A stretch of 64,000 bases of DNA from Macrostomum lignano (GCA_002269645.1 NIVC01003396.1:1-64000), one strand, 5' to 3'. Counted from the first letter of the stretch, positions 37,962 through 61,734 are shown. The notes: generated from the letters alone by a model not told the origin. A program made the numbers and translations.

Positions 37962-40900
37962 CTAGGCAACAAAGGCCGCTCTCTTGTGTCGCCTGCCTAT
38001 CATCTCGCGGTCCATCAGTGCCTTTTTAGCCAAGTATTTTTGTCGTTTTATTTTGCGTTTCAAGTCTTCGGGAATGTTTGGTATAAACCAGTTCATCACA
38101 CTGGTCAATAGGGTCACGACTTGCTGCATGTGAAGATTTTTTGTGAGGTTTATATATTAGCTTCATTGGTTATACTCATTAATCTTGATACACATCTCTC
38201 TAGAATGTTTGGTCAGCCACCACCACCTCACTCTGGATTGATTGGTCAGCCACCACCACCTCACTCTGGATTGATTGGTCAGCCACCACCACCTCACTCT
38301 GGATTGATTGGTCAGCCACCACCACCTCACTCTGGATTGATTGGTCAGCCGCCACCACCTCACTCTGGATTGATTGGTCAGCCACCACCACCTCACTCTG
38401 GATTGATTGGTCAGCCACCACCACCTCACTCTGGATTGATTGGTCAGCCACCACCACCTCACTCTGGATTGATTGGTCAGCCACCACCACCTCACTCTGG
38501 ATTGATTGGTCAGCCACCACCACCTCACTCTGGATTGATTGGTCAGCCACCACCAACCTCACTCTGGATTGATTGGTCAGCCACCACCACCTCACTCTGG
38601 ATTGATTGGTCAGCCACCACCACCTCACTCTGGATTGATTGGTCAGCCACCACCACCTCACTCTGGATTGATTGGTCAGCCGCCACCACCTCACTCTGGA
38701 TTGATTGGTCAGCCACCACCACCTCACTCTGGATTGATTGGTCAGCCACCACCACCTCACTCTGGATTGATTGGTCAGCCACCACCACCTCACTCTGGAT
38801 TGATTGGTCAGCCGCCACCACCTCACTCTGGATTGATTGGTCAGCCACCACCACCTCACTCTGGATTGATTGGTCAGCCGCCACCACCTCACTCTGGATT
38901 GATTGGTCAGCCGCCACCACCTCACTCTGGATTTATTGGTCAGCCACCACCACCTCACTCTGGATTGATTGGTCAGCCACCACCACCTCACTCTGGATTG
39001 ATTGGTCAGCCGCCACCACCTCACTCTGGATTAATTGGTCAGCCACCACCACCTCACTCTGGATTGATTGGTCAGCCACCACCACCTCACTCTGGATTGA
39101 TTGGTCAGCCGCTACCACCTCAATCTGGATTGATTGGTCAGCCACCACCACCTCACTCTGGATTGATTGGTCAGCCGCCACCACCTCACTCTGGATTGAT
39201 TGGTCAGCCACCACCACCTCACTCTGGATTAATTGGTCAGCCACCACCACCTCACTCTGGATTGATTGGTCAGCCACCACCACCTCACTCTGGATTGATT
39301 GGTCAGCCGCCACCACCTCACTCTGGATTGATTGGTCAGCCACCACCACCTCACTCTGGATTGATTGGTCAGCCACCACCACCTCACTCTGGATTCGTAA
39401 ATAAAGCCTGCATAATCTCTCACCTGAAAGAACAGCATATAAACAATTCTGATAGCCTGCAGTTTCCAGTAGTACTCGGTGTTATTCGGTATCATGTTAA
39501 ACCGACACGGCTCAGACGTTGTGTTTGCTTGAGCCCAGCTCAGGGTGTAATTCTTGAAGCCCAAGTCACCCCCGTAAACAGGTCTGAAGACGCTGATAGC
39601 TAACGACTCTGATGTGAATGCCATCAGAGAACCCTGAAACGGGGACGAGTGAATGAAGGCATAGCAAACTGCACGCATGTCTTTTGCAGTTGTCCAATGT
39701 GGATTCACGAGTGTTATTCAAGCTGACGATATTATAAAATGCTTCCAGAACCCGGCAATAAAGCAAAGTTTCCGGCGGAATTCCGTTATGACAAGGCAAC
39801 TGTATTAATAGTCTTCCTTTCCCAGGTTAATTGGAAAACCTCAACCTACTTGCAAAATGTGAACCCTCAAACTTTACGTTTAAATTGCCGTCTCGCAGTT
39901 TAGTGTGAAAACATCGATAACCAGTCTCTTTCTAACGCATGAAAAGTTTTCTCAAGGGCGTTGCAGGCACCCCAGTGAAACGTCTTCAACGACATCGTCC
40001 CGCAACCAGCTCTGACGGTGATTCTGCCCATTCCGCTGACTCCTGAGCACATGCAAGCGCGCCAATACTGTACGCAGGCTGGCACTCATACACACGCTCA
40101 CACAGGGTGTACAGCAGCGGCCCTTTGACTTTCTAAGTGCACTTTGCATGTGCACTCTCTGTGCCCTGGTGGTTGGCCTCCATGGCTGTAAATCGCACGA
40201 CAACTTTCCTCAGGTCAAACTCTGGTGCACGCAAGAAGCCCCAAATGAATGTAGGAATCTAACCAGGGAACGTAGCGCGAGAGTCGGACGCGCTCACTAC
40301 TGAGCCTGCCCTATATTGTGCCTTGAGCCTTGAGCCTTGAGTCTGACTGCATTGCCCGACATTGATTACTCTTCAAAACTCACATTAGAAATAACCGCCA
40401 CGTGAGCCACAAATTTCATCATTGAGAACCAAATCCCGATGCTCTGAGCTCGCTCTGGCAGAGGCCGTCGAGTGCCGATTACCAGCTTCCTGGCGTCAAG
40501 GCGGATCTCAACCAAATTGTTGATGAGCGCGAACAGTGGCGCCAACGGGAAGGCCGGCACAAACAAGGTGACAAAGCCGAACTGCATGATGAGCTCTAAG
40601 TAGTCCATGAACAGACCAGTGTCGTACGGAATCAGCATGTAGTCAGCGTCCCACGACTGGCTGGCGTTTGGCAGCTGGTTTGCTTGCAGGCCGGTAGAGC
40701 CGATGTGGAGGAATGTAAGCAGCTTTCTAGAAAGAAAATATTATAAAGTAATTGGGTCAGAACCACACAGTGTGAGCTTTGAAGATTCAAGATTTCAAGC
40801 TTAACAACTGCAACCTGTGTCTTAAGATACTTCCCAATGCTAAACTAAACAATTGTTTCAGTTTCAGTAGTTAGCGGTAGGGGGCTGTTGTGCACCCTGG

Positions 40901-43900
40901 CGCACTTTAAGCGACATTGTCGCACAACCGGCGAGAGGCATTACTGCCCATTCCACCGACTCCCCTGAGCAGGCACACAAGCGCGCGGATACGTACGCAG
41001 GCACACACTCACACAGGAGTGTACAGCGGCCCTAACTTTATTTTATCGTTAGGCATGTACACTTCACTGCGCCTTGGGGGGTTGGCTCTCAATGCCGTTA
41101 ATCGCACGAGCAGAGCCAAGCCGAGATTCCAATTCAGCCCCAAATTAATGTGACTGCATTTGGAATCGAGTCTGGGCCGCTGGCATACCAGAGCGCCGCT
41201 CCAGACCACTGGGCTATGGTAAAAACTTACGGGATCAACATTTCAATAATCTGCACGGCAACCTGCTTGCCAATCAGAATGATGGCCATCAGTTGGGTCA
41301 GCTCGAACATGCAGCTGCCGTTGATGCAGTCGGCCAAGCGACTTCCGAACAGCTCATTGTATTTTCCTGGCTCTCCCACCACGCTGCAATTTATGAATTT
41401 TATGCTCACTCGCGAGTAAATTAGTGATTGAAAATCCAGTACAAGATCCAATTATAAGTGCAGTCACTCACTTTCCTTTGATGAAAGCAATGTACGAAAT
41501 TGACAAGTAGTGGTTGAATATTTCAAAGACGAACACCTTGAATATTACTTGGTTCTCGAATTGAGTCTGCGTTCGATGCATCTCTGCAAAAGCGGTAAAA
41601 GTGAATTTGCACTGCATGAGTTTCGAGGAGGCAGGCAGGCAGGCGGACCCACTCCGCTGACACTCAATCTACAGAGGGTGCACAGCGGACCCTGACCTTC
41701 AGCATCGTCAGTTAGTGTACACACCCTGTGCCTTTGGCCTGCATCGCACAATCTCTAAAGTCCAATCTTTGTTAGAATCAGGAGCGTCAACCACCCTGCC
41801 CTCCAAAACAAACATAAATCAGTAGCCTTTACCCCATTCAGTGATATTAAAAGCAATCTTTTCATAAATCAGCTCCAACGCCAGAACGATGATCAAATTG
41901 ACGCAAGCTGATGACGCGTTTGCCAGCGTGACGGCGCGAGAACGGACGAGTTTGTTATTAAACAGCGCATGCAGAATCGATGACCGCGTCATCAGCATTG
42001 CGATTAGACTGGCTGTTGATAGTATCATCTGGAATATTTGTTGTTGACAGATAATTGCAGATATGATAGCAAATTTCAGACACCTTTGATCTACCGCCAC
42101 TCTGTCTAGACTCTTTGATCTACCTCGTCCGCCATTCTGTACTCTTTGATGCACCGCTGCACTCTGCACTGACTCTTTGATCTACCGCCACTCTGTATAC
42201 AGACTCTTTGATCTACCGCCACTCTGTATACAGACTCTTTGATCTACCGCCACTCTGTATACAGACTCTTTGATCTACCGCCACTCTGTATACAGACTCT
42301 TTGATCTACCGCCACTCTGTATACAGACTCTTTGATCTACCGCCACTCTGTATACAGACTCTTTGATCTACCGCCACTCTGTATACAGACTCTTTGATCT
42401 ACCGCCACTCTGTATACAGACTCTTTGATCTACCGCCACTCTGTATACAGACTCTTTGATCTACCGCCACTCTGTATACAGACTCTTTGATCTACCGCCA
42501 CTCTGTATACAGACTCTTTGATCTACCGCCACTCTGTATACAGACTCTTTGATCTACCGCCACTCTGTATACAGACTATTTGATCTACCGCCACTCTGTA
42601 TACAGACTATTTGATCTACCGCCACTCTGTATACAGACTCTTTGATCTACCGCCACTCTGTATACAGACTCTTTGATCTGGCCCCACTCTGCACTGTATT
42701 GACTCATCAAAACTTCCAAATAAAGCCAGCTTACTCACCATTACCATCAGACTCAACACTCCAATCAGTATTCGGAGTCGCCTTTTAGAAGATGGAAAAT
42801 GCGGCTCCATATTTCCCGTTATCGGATCCTCCTCGTACTCGGTGCATCTGGACGCGTACTCGGGCCTCGGCCGCTCCTCCATCTCAACGTAATCCAACAC
42901 ATCCCATTGGTAAGCCAGTCTGGCCGTTTTGCGTTTCCAGAATTTCAGGAATCCGTACGCTTTACGGGTGAGGTTTGGATAATGTAAAATTTAGTCTTCA
43001 TTATCACAGAAAAATCAAAAAGTTCTCTTTTTTGACTAAAAATTCCATTTGAAAAACAGCGGCAGCATAGTGAAAAATTAACATAATAATTTCACCTTAA
43101 CTCAGTCGGGACCAGTCAAAAAAGATCTCTATGTCTAATTAGAAAACTAATCCCCGATCAACAAATCCCCAATCAACCACTCCCCAATCAACCACTCCCC
43201 AATCAACCACTCCCCAATCAACCACTCCCCAATCAACCACTCCCCAATCAACCACTCCCCAATCAACCACTCCCCAATCAACCACTCCCCAATCAACCAC
43301 TCCCCAATCAACCACTCCCCAATCAACCACTCCCCAATCAACCACTCCCCAATCAACCACTCCCCAATCAACCACTCCCCAATCAACCACTCCCCAATCA
43401 ACCCCTCCCCAAACAACCCCTCCCCAATCAACCACTCCCCAATCAACCACTCCCCAATCAACCACTCCCCAAACAAACCATCTCAAATCAACCCATCCCA
43501 AAACTCACCCCAGACGGACACGAAAATGGCGTAGAAATGCGTTGCAACATTGTCGAATACGTAAGAAGCTCGAATGTACGTGCAAATGTCACTCAAGTAC
43601 CAGTAGTTGCAGGCCTGTATATTCTCGCATAGAGGGCACATTTTGAAGTATTTTTTACTGCCGCAAATTTCGTGTCTGAAAATCGAGTGGTCGGAGATAA
43701 TTGATAAAGCTAGTAATTCACCATTCAATTAATCAGGTCACTAATCTACCGGCCACGTCACTCAATCTGCAATCTAATCAGGTCACTAATCTACCGGCCA
43801 CGTAGATTACAAACAGAATTGGAGAATTCTATAGACTCTACATTCGTGTGCGTACTCATAACTAAAAAAACTATTAAACTTCTGCTTACGCAACCGTGCT

Positions 43901-46425
43901 TTTGTTGATAGTGCCAATTCCATACAGAAATGTAACCATTCCGACCAGAGTTGCAGGTACGAGCCACATTGTGTAGTAACCTATAATGCATATAAATATT
44001 TCAAATTAAATTTCCCATGAAAATCATCACCGCTAATCTTATGAAAGCTTTAAAGTGAGTAGAAACGATTTAAGAGAGAATTTAAATTACCGATAAAGGC
44101 AAAATAAAATGCAATTTTCTCGCCAAAATAGTCGCGAATGTGATCGAGCGGTTGAAACTTGTACCAGAGCTTCCAGCGGGCCCAGTAATTGTGCAGTAGC
44201 TGACGCGCGTTCATCTGCTCGGGTCTCAGGCCTGCCGGGGTGCTTGACGAGCCCTGAATTATTGTCCACAGTTTTAAACGGTCATTGCTCAATTACGTTG
44301 ACCCCTGAGCACACACAAGGAAAAACAAGCAGACACGCTCTCGCACAGGGTGTACCGCGGCTCTGACCTCCTCATCGTCGTCAGGCCTGTACATGTACAC
44401 ACAGCGGTGTCTAGGGATTTGGGCCCTCATAGGCGCATTGAACCCGTGCTGGGTTCAACTCGCTAGAATAAGACGCTTTATAACCACTGAGCTCAAAGTA
44501 AGGACAGTTAAAGTATTTTATAATTTTTTACATGATTAAAGTATGTTTTACTGCCTATAGCTGCACTTACCTCATGCGGTGGATAGGCGCAGGAGTAGAT
44601 ACCTCTCCTGATCATGCTGTCCAGACCGACCTCGGACTGGTCTTTCTTACCGTAGATTTGTGTGCCCAGCAGCTCGAAAGCCACTTCGAAGCGTTGCGTC
44701 GGCCTAAAGTAGGTATCCTTGTTACTGATGCCGATGTACCTTAAGGTTAAATTTGGAGTCGTTGGAGAGCGTACGGGGTGAAAATTTGCTATGCGCAAAC
44801 AGTATAATAATAGTCTCGAGGCGCTAATTTATTGTTAATAAAAACGACGACTGCGACTCACTTTGTAGCTTTATCAGCCGAGAACGCGCAAGTGTAGAAT
44901 TGCTTCTGTTTGCTCATACTCTTTGCTTCCAACGGACTGCTGAACAATTCGCTGGATCTCGAACGACTGAAAAATGACGAAGATCTTTCCGAGCCGTCGT
45001 CGCGGTTTTCCACTTCCTAAACAGATCCAAAATGAAAAGTTAACGATAGTAGTAAATAGAATGATGAATAAAAAGCGTTCGAATAGGAAGATTCTCACCT
45101 CCAGAGGCGCCCGAAAGCCAAGATATTCAGCGTAGTAGCACATTGTTGTCCAAGAGACAAACAGTTTTACAAAATGGATCTTTTTCTTCGAACTAATACA
45201 GGTCTCCTACAGATCAGATATTGTTGTTTTATTTGGTATTATTACATTGAAATGTTTAAATAAAAACGAATGTTCTAACAAACCCGTTCAATCTCGACGC
45301 CAACTTCGATAAGATTGTCCTCGAATTTCTTTCTATGCATCGCCGCTTTCTTTGAAAAATAATCTTCTGTGTCTCTCAAGTCTTCCTCCCAGACAAGGAC
45401 GTAGTCTAAAGCAAAGTGGGCTAATATTTTATTCTTTGCGATTTGTTCATAATTTGATTCAGAATCGTTTAAAGTGCAACCAAAAATATGCTCGTGAGTC
45501 GTGCGTACATAGGTACCGGTAAATGTTATGCTGAAACACAGTTTTACACGTGAACTTACCGACTCTACGAATTCCGTCCCTGAAAAAGCAAGTCTTTATT
45601 GATTCTCTAGGCGGCGGTTCACTGTCATTTGTTGCTTCACTGGGAGGCTTTGGCTTGGATGCAGCATTTGTTGGTTGCTTAGTAGGTACAGAGATAGTTG
45701 GTTGCTGAGTGGGTGCAGCATTGGTTGGTTGCGGAACTAGCTTAGCTTGAGGTAACTGTCGAGTCGAAGAAAAGATCGCTTGTTGCTGCGGCGATACGGC
45801 TTGAGGTGATTTCTTGGTTGGCGTGAACTGACTTGTTTGCTGAGGTGAAGTAGTTTGTGGCGACTGTGGGGTCGAAGGAAACTTTTTCGGTAGCTGCGCT
45901 GATGTGACTTGTGGTTGTGGCGATGACTGAGTTGAAGTTGCAGTAGCCGAAGGCGGCTGCCGAGTCGAAGGGAATGTCGCGGGTTGCTTTGCGAATGTTG
46001 CTGGTGGTGCAGATTGCCGAGTGGGGGAGAGTTTACTCTGTTGCCAAGACAATTTCGCTGGCTGATATGGTGATACGGCTTGCGGCGATTTCTGAGTCGC
46101 AGGGTATTTTCTTGGTTGCTGTGGTGTCTTAGAAAACTGAGATAACTGCTGCTGTTGACCGATCGGGGCTTGCTGCTTAGGCGAGGCGTTCTTTGAAGGC
46201 TGCTTGGCTGAGCCGAACTTTCCTGGCTGCAAAGTTTGGGTCAATGAGACTTTTGCATATTTCAATGTAGAATGGAAAGCCTATTGAGTATTGTCATGAT
46301 CGACTTGCGATTTCAATTTAAATCGAATTTGAATCGATTCTAATTAGTAGAAAACATCACTCGGGTGGGAGCACTACAAAACAACTTACCGACGCATTTC
46401 TGTCAGCGTTCGTCCCCTTTCGCAT
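37962..46425 (-). CDS. Anoctamin / TMEM16 family protein, paralog 1 (16 coding exons, 1042 aa)
   Basis: Minus-strand exons 46390-46425, 45560-46280, 45284-45405, 45099-45206, 44862-45016, 44571-44739, 44091-44253, 43890-43980, 43509-43675, 42739-42959, 41833-42028, 41472-41583, 41231-41383, 40384-40726, 39424-39633, 37962-38123. All GT-AG and frame-consistent with no internal stop. Motifs: FRDGIRRVDYVLVWEE, QPLDHIRDYFGEKIAFYF, MCPLC, FWKRK, HRTQTQFEN, DYLELIMQFGFVTLFVPAFPLAPLFALINNLVEIRLDA, AFTS. Orthology within the ANO family cannot be fixed here. Confidence 0.95.
38205..39395. repeat. 33-bp minisatellite (ggattgattggtcagccaccaccacctcactct)n in the last intron of anoctamin 1
   Basis: About 36 near-identical copies between exons 15 and 16; explains the 427-aa and 354-aa pseudo-ORFs. 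Confidence 0.97.
39960..40310 (-). mobile_element. tRNA-headed SINE-like element, near full length
   Basis: Minus-strand head aggctcagtagtgagcgcgtccgactctcgcgctacgttccctggttagattcc has A-box-like and B-box-like motifs, followed by the shared core. Confidence 0.7.
40880..41218 (-). mobile_element. tRNA-headed SINE-like element, near full length
   Basis: Minus-strand head tagcccagtggtctggagcggcgctctggtatgccagcggcccagactcgattcc (A box TAGCCCAGTGG; B-box-like ACTCGATTCC). Body alignable to the 39960-40310 copy. Confidence 0.75.
41625..41755 (-). mobile_element. Diverged internal fragment of the SINE-like family
   Basis: cagagggtgcacagcggaccctgaccttcagcatcgtcag...tacac aligns with the core of the other copies. 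Confidence 0.55.
42075..42695. repeat. 31-bp minisatellite (gactctttgatctaccgccactctgtataca)n in anoctamin 1 intron 10
   Basis: About 18 copies; homogeneous centre and degenerate edges; tandem units create the 12-bp palindrome tctgtatacaga. Confidence 0.97.
43155..43500. repeat. 15-bp minisatellite (ccccaatcaaccact)n in anoctamin 1 intron 9
   Basis: About 22 copies beginning within ~10 nt of the splice donor. Confidence 0.97.
44280..44495 (-). mobile_element. SINE-like copy with tRNA-like head and partial core
   Basis: Minus-strand gagctcagtggttataaagcgtcttattctagcgagttgaacccagcacgggttcaatg (A-box-like and B-box-like). Core ctcgcacagggtgtaccgcggctctgac and cccctgagcacacacaag on the plus strand. 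Confidence 0.6.
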
Positions 46426-47314
46426 TTAGATTTGAAACAGTTTAGAAATAATATATTATGAAAATGGTCTGCAAATCTTGCATACCACTAGCGACGCTGA
46501 GTTCATAACTCAATGCATTCGGTTTGTTTTCTCAGTTGACAAAATTAATAATTTTTAATTCGTGTTTCCTTCATGTCGATATTTTTGAGTAGCTGATATT
46601 TTGTCTATGGTGATATTTTGTATATTAGTGATCCGCAAGAAGTCACTTACCAATCTGCCTTAAAAGTTGGCTTAAAATACACTTAATAATACCTTAAAGT
46701 TTTCCTCCAAAACGGGGAAACAAGTGGAAGCTTTAGTCCAGCTCTAACCATAACTCTCCACTCTCTCCTCACCAGCCTAAGCTGCTGGGGCCTTGTGAAA
46801 CGAATTTTATCACCCAGAGTTGAGATGAGAACCGTGGGCGTGGTGTGAACTGCGTTACTTATAGTGTTGAGATCTGAGCTAAGTTGACTACCGGTTTCGC
46901 CACGGTTCTCCCTTTTCAGACGCGGTGCAGTAGCCGTAGCCAGAGGCGGACATTGATTTGGGATCTGTCACTCAAGCAGTGGATTTTATGGGGTTGCCAG
47001 TTGTCCCTTGCTGCGTATCGCTGTGGAATGCTGGTTCTGAATTTAAGCGAAATGCAGAGCGTGAACGGGATTCCGTCTGAGAGGGTCAGCAGATCTCTCG
47101 CTGCTTCCAGGGTTCCAGGTCTCGCAGGCTGAGGTCGCTGTTTGGCTGGAGGTTCCGCTTTTTGAAAGCGAACTGTTTTGGATGAGGACGCTCGGGTCGA
47201 GCAGACCGCAGTTGGTTTTCTTCATTTCTTAATTCCCCTCTGACAAAGAGATCAAGGGGTAAGGTCCAGGAAGGAGCATATGCCAGCAAAGGGCGAATAC
47301 GCTCTTAGAAAGGA

Positions 47315-48165
47315 GTGGTGGTGGTGGTGGTTCCCGGCCAGAACTAGTCCGGGGGCGCGTCTGCGTCCCTATTTTCTGGAGATATTCAAGCGCGCGAGGG
47401 CCGTCGTCAGCGACGACGGACAGCGACGGGTTTAGTCCGAGGACCTCCGCCCGGATGTCTGCATGTGCCGGACACTGGATCATGAGGTTTCGAGGTCCTT
47501 CTCGGCTTTACCGCATGCTGGGCAGGTCGCGGATGTCTCCAGACCGATGCGGTGGCGGTATTTGCGGAGGCGAGGGCTGTGGCTGGTGCGAAGCTGGGCC
47601 AGGGTCACTTGGGCTTTGCGCCCGAAGCCCAGCGGTAGGCGTTTCGGTGGCCTCCCTTGTGTGGCAGAGCGATGCGTCGTGCAATGCTGGTCGTTGACGT
47701 AGGCCTGGTTGAGGTTCGAAACTGTCAGCATAGCGATGGCCGAGCGGGTGCTGCGGAGGTCCAGAGGGGCGTCTGCTTGGGGGAGCCGAGCCACGTCGCG
47801 CGCTGTGCTGTCCGCCAGGTCATTGAGACGCAGGTCGCAGTGTCCGGGGACCCACTGGATGGTGATGTGGTGGTCTGGCGGGACTCTCCTGAGCAGAGCC
47901 CAGATGTCCCTGCAGCATGGCGAGAGGCGCAGTGAAGGGCCAGCAAGGAGGCTCCGGAGAGGGACTGCGAGTCCGTGGCGCAGCGGAGCTCGCCGCTGCC
48001 CGGCCATGGCAGGATGTCGAGGGCCGCTTGAAAACCCAGCCGGAGGGCGCACTCCTCGGCTCTGAAGGACGAAGTGCAACTGCCTGCCGGGGCCAGTAGC
48101 CGTTGTGGTGGGTGGCCGGGGATGATCAAGACCGCGTCCGCACCCCCGGTAACACCGAAAGCTCT
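47315..48165 (-). mobile_element. 5'-truncated, frameshifted non-LTR retrotransposon fragment of the I group (RNase H + CCHC zinc knuckle)
   Basis: RNase H motifs SSFRAEECAL, ATDSQSL, IQWVPGHCDLRLNDLADSTAR; AQLRTSHSPRL...IG...SATCPACG...(H)LMIQCP across two frameshifts; ends in a short (CCA)5 tract. Confidence 0.88.
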
Positions 48166-48289
48166 GTGGATCTGCGCGATATTTGCGGAGAGCTTTGCAG
48201 GCTTTGGTTTGGATTTGGAGGTGTGGATGATAGCCACGGTTTTTGACTCAGAGAACTTGAGACCGGTGACTGTGAGTGAGGCTTACCAG

Positions 48290-48770
48290 GTATTTATCGA
48301 TTTTCTTGGCGGCCCGCCGCGGCTCATTAACCCGCAATTAACCCCCGCTCCTATTCAACCCCTCCACTCTAATATGGCTTAATTATCTTAGCCCGCGAGA
48401 GCCTCAACCCCCCCCCCGCTATCCTGGCTTATCGATTTTCTTAGCGGCCCGCCGCAACCCATTTAACACACCGTTCCCCTTTGCTCCTTCCTATTCAACA
48501 CTTCCACTCTAATATGGCTTAATTATCTTAGCCCGCGAAAGCCTCAACCCCCCCCCCGCTATCCTGGCTTATCGATTTTCTTAGCGGCCCGCCGCAACCC
48601 ATTTAACACACCGTTCCCCTTTGCTCCTTCCTATTCAACCCTTCCACTCTAATATGGCTTAATTATCTTAGCCCGCGAGAGCGTTAACCCCCGCTATCTC
48701 CTCTGCTTATCGATTTTCTTAGCGAGCCGCCGCAACCCATTTAACACACCCATCCCCCTTGCTCCTCTTT
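48290..48770. repeat. ~138-bp tandem repeat, about 3.5 copies
   Basis: ttatcgattttc anchors at 48294, 48429, 48569 and 48707 (spacings 135, 140, 138). Confidence 0.9.
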
Positions 48771-49018
48771 AACTTTAATATGATACGGCAATATGTTGAG
48801 CTTCCTCGGCTTCGTATTTAAGAAGACGGGTGTTAATACTCGTTTTTAGTAAGTGAGGATAGGACACTGCGCATGTTGCTTGTATTATTGTGTATAACAA
48901 AAAACTTCGGGCATTTAATGCCCTTTAGTGCAAGCATAGCCACAGTACATGCTAGTAATATACAGATAGACAAAAAACAAAGTACACATGTTTAAGGTTT
49001 TTGTCGTGTTGTTTAAAG

Positions 49019-59882
<10,864 letters not shown>

Positions 59883-61734
59883 TTAATTATTTTTGTTATT
59901 AACTAGCAGTGACATGCGACGTTGGAAATCGCTTCTTTTTTCTTTGTGTACTGGCTTTAAAGCATGCTTCAATTTTTGTCGATTTTCAATTTTTTCTTGT
60001 GAGCAAAACGTGCTCTAGCAGACGATCTCATCTATTTTTTAGGCGGCTAATCACTCATAGGCACAATGATGCAGCGTTATCAAGGACATAGTTTTTGTCT
60101 ATGGTGTGAAATGCTTTTAAGAGAATGGTGAAGGACAAAGATATGCTGGAACTTTTTATTTATATTAAAAAAGTGGCAATGTTTCAGCACTCATGCACTT
60201 GCAGATGCCGAGGGTCACGGACGATTAATTGCTGAGATGGATGCTGTTATCTTATGCTGATATCTTAGGCTAAAAACCTGAGGCGCTTAGGCCTGACGCT
60301 GTTTTGCATTAAACACAATTTTCTTTAGGAAACTAACGGTATTGTGCACAAGGCTTTCTGCACGTATCGTTTGTTAGGAAATTTCTGTTTCTTTTGTTGC
60401 CTCCCCAACGGGGGGCATAGCTAGTCCACTATACTAAAAATGATTGGTTTCATTAAGTGCAAACAAGTCGACAATTTACTATCTAGCGATTGCATGCTTC
60501 TTTAATAATGGCTTTTTCTGATAGTAAATGCAAAAAGAATATCCAAAAAACTTAAAAATTCCTGAATTTATCTCCAAATGCATTAAATTCAATTTTTTTA
60601 AGCAAAATAAAAACAAAAACCGTTCACTTGAAAAAAACAGCAGATTTAAATGATATATTGCTTGCTGACAGTGACAATGCTGATACTGTAGGCATGTAAG
60701 TCAGAAAAAATTCTATTAAATTCTAAATTATATGAGAAAAGTCCGATTTCAATTATGGTAAAGATTTTTATAAAGCTGCCGAATCTTCGCATACAATGTC
60801 TGAACTGTCTGACGCTCTTCTTTGACGCACTACGTTCGAATTAACTCGATTATGCGAACGCAAAAGCCTCTGCATGCTGCGCTGTTGCGGTCGTTCTTGT
60901 TGCTGATTTTCTTCTGTCTGCTGCTGCTGTTGTTGCTGTTGATTTTGAATTAGTAATTGACTCCGCCGATTATAACGCTGCTGCATCACTTGCTGGCGCA
61001 ACTCAGCGTCCACGAGAGCTTGCCGGCCAAGATAGTTCTGACGCTCGATTCGTTCGACCAGTTTCTTGGGCACTCTTGGGATGAAAATCAGTACGAGCCT
61101 TCGCAGTGAGAATACCAAGTGCTGTAAAGGGTGTGTGCAGGTGCTTTTGTAAGCGCGTAAATTAAATAGAATCGGTGAATATTGATATCACAACATGCCG
61201 AAGTTGTAGCTCAACTCACGCAGCTTGTTGGTAAGTACGAATACCGCATATTTCAAATCATTGTGCAACCAAACTGATACTTTCAAGGCGAGTGAACGTC
61301 CTACCCGATTGCTACCAATAACTGACATGGAATGTAAAATTACATGGCACGACGAAAGCTCGTAAGATGATCCACTTTCCATGAGTTAGCTCGTAGATGG
61401 AAAGTCATGGTGCAAAGGTAAAGCACGCACGCATAGCCTACCAAACAAAAAGTAAATAAAAAAATGAATTAAACTTGCCTCGAATACAATTACAAAAGAT
61501 AGCCGAACTACCAGCAGTTTCCAGTAGAATGGAGTCAAATTTCCCGAACTGTCTCGATAGTTTCTGTACCGACACGGCTGCGATGTGGTGTTCGGCGGCG
61601 ACCAAGCCAGCGAGAAGTTGGTGAAGCCGTGTGTATCTGAACTGTGATCAATTTTGTGCAGCATCCTGGCCAAGAAGTCCGACGTGAAGGCTATCAGAAA
61701 GCCCTGCATTGCAGTTGCGCTTCAAGTGTTAGCC

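Noticed and set aside
38121-39603. 427-aa and 354-aa Pro-rich ORFs (GQPPPPHSGLI)n resembling extensin or collagen-like proteins
   Set aside because: They are antisense to the last intron of anoctamin 1 and arise from the 33-bp repeat.
38205-43500. CCAAT boxes in every unit of the 33-bp and 15-bp arrays
   Set aside because: A 5-mer is expected by chance in one or two of more than 30 different units, and both arrays are far from promoters.
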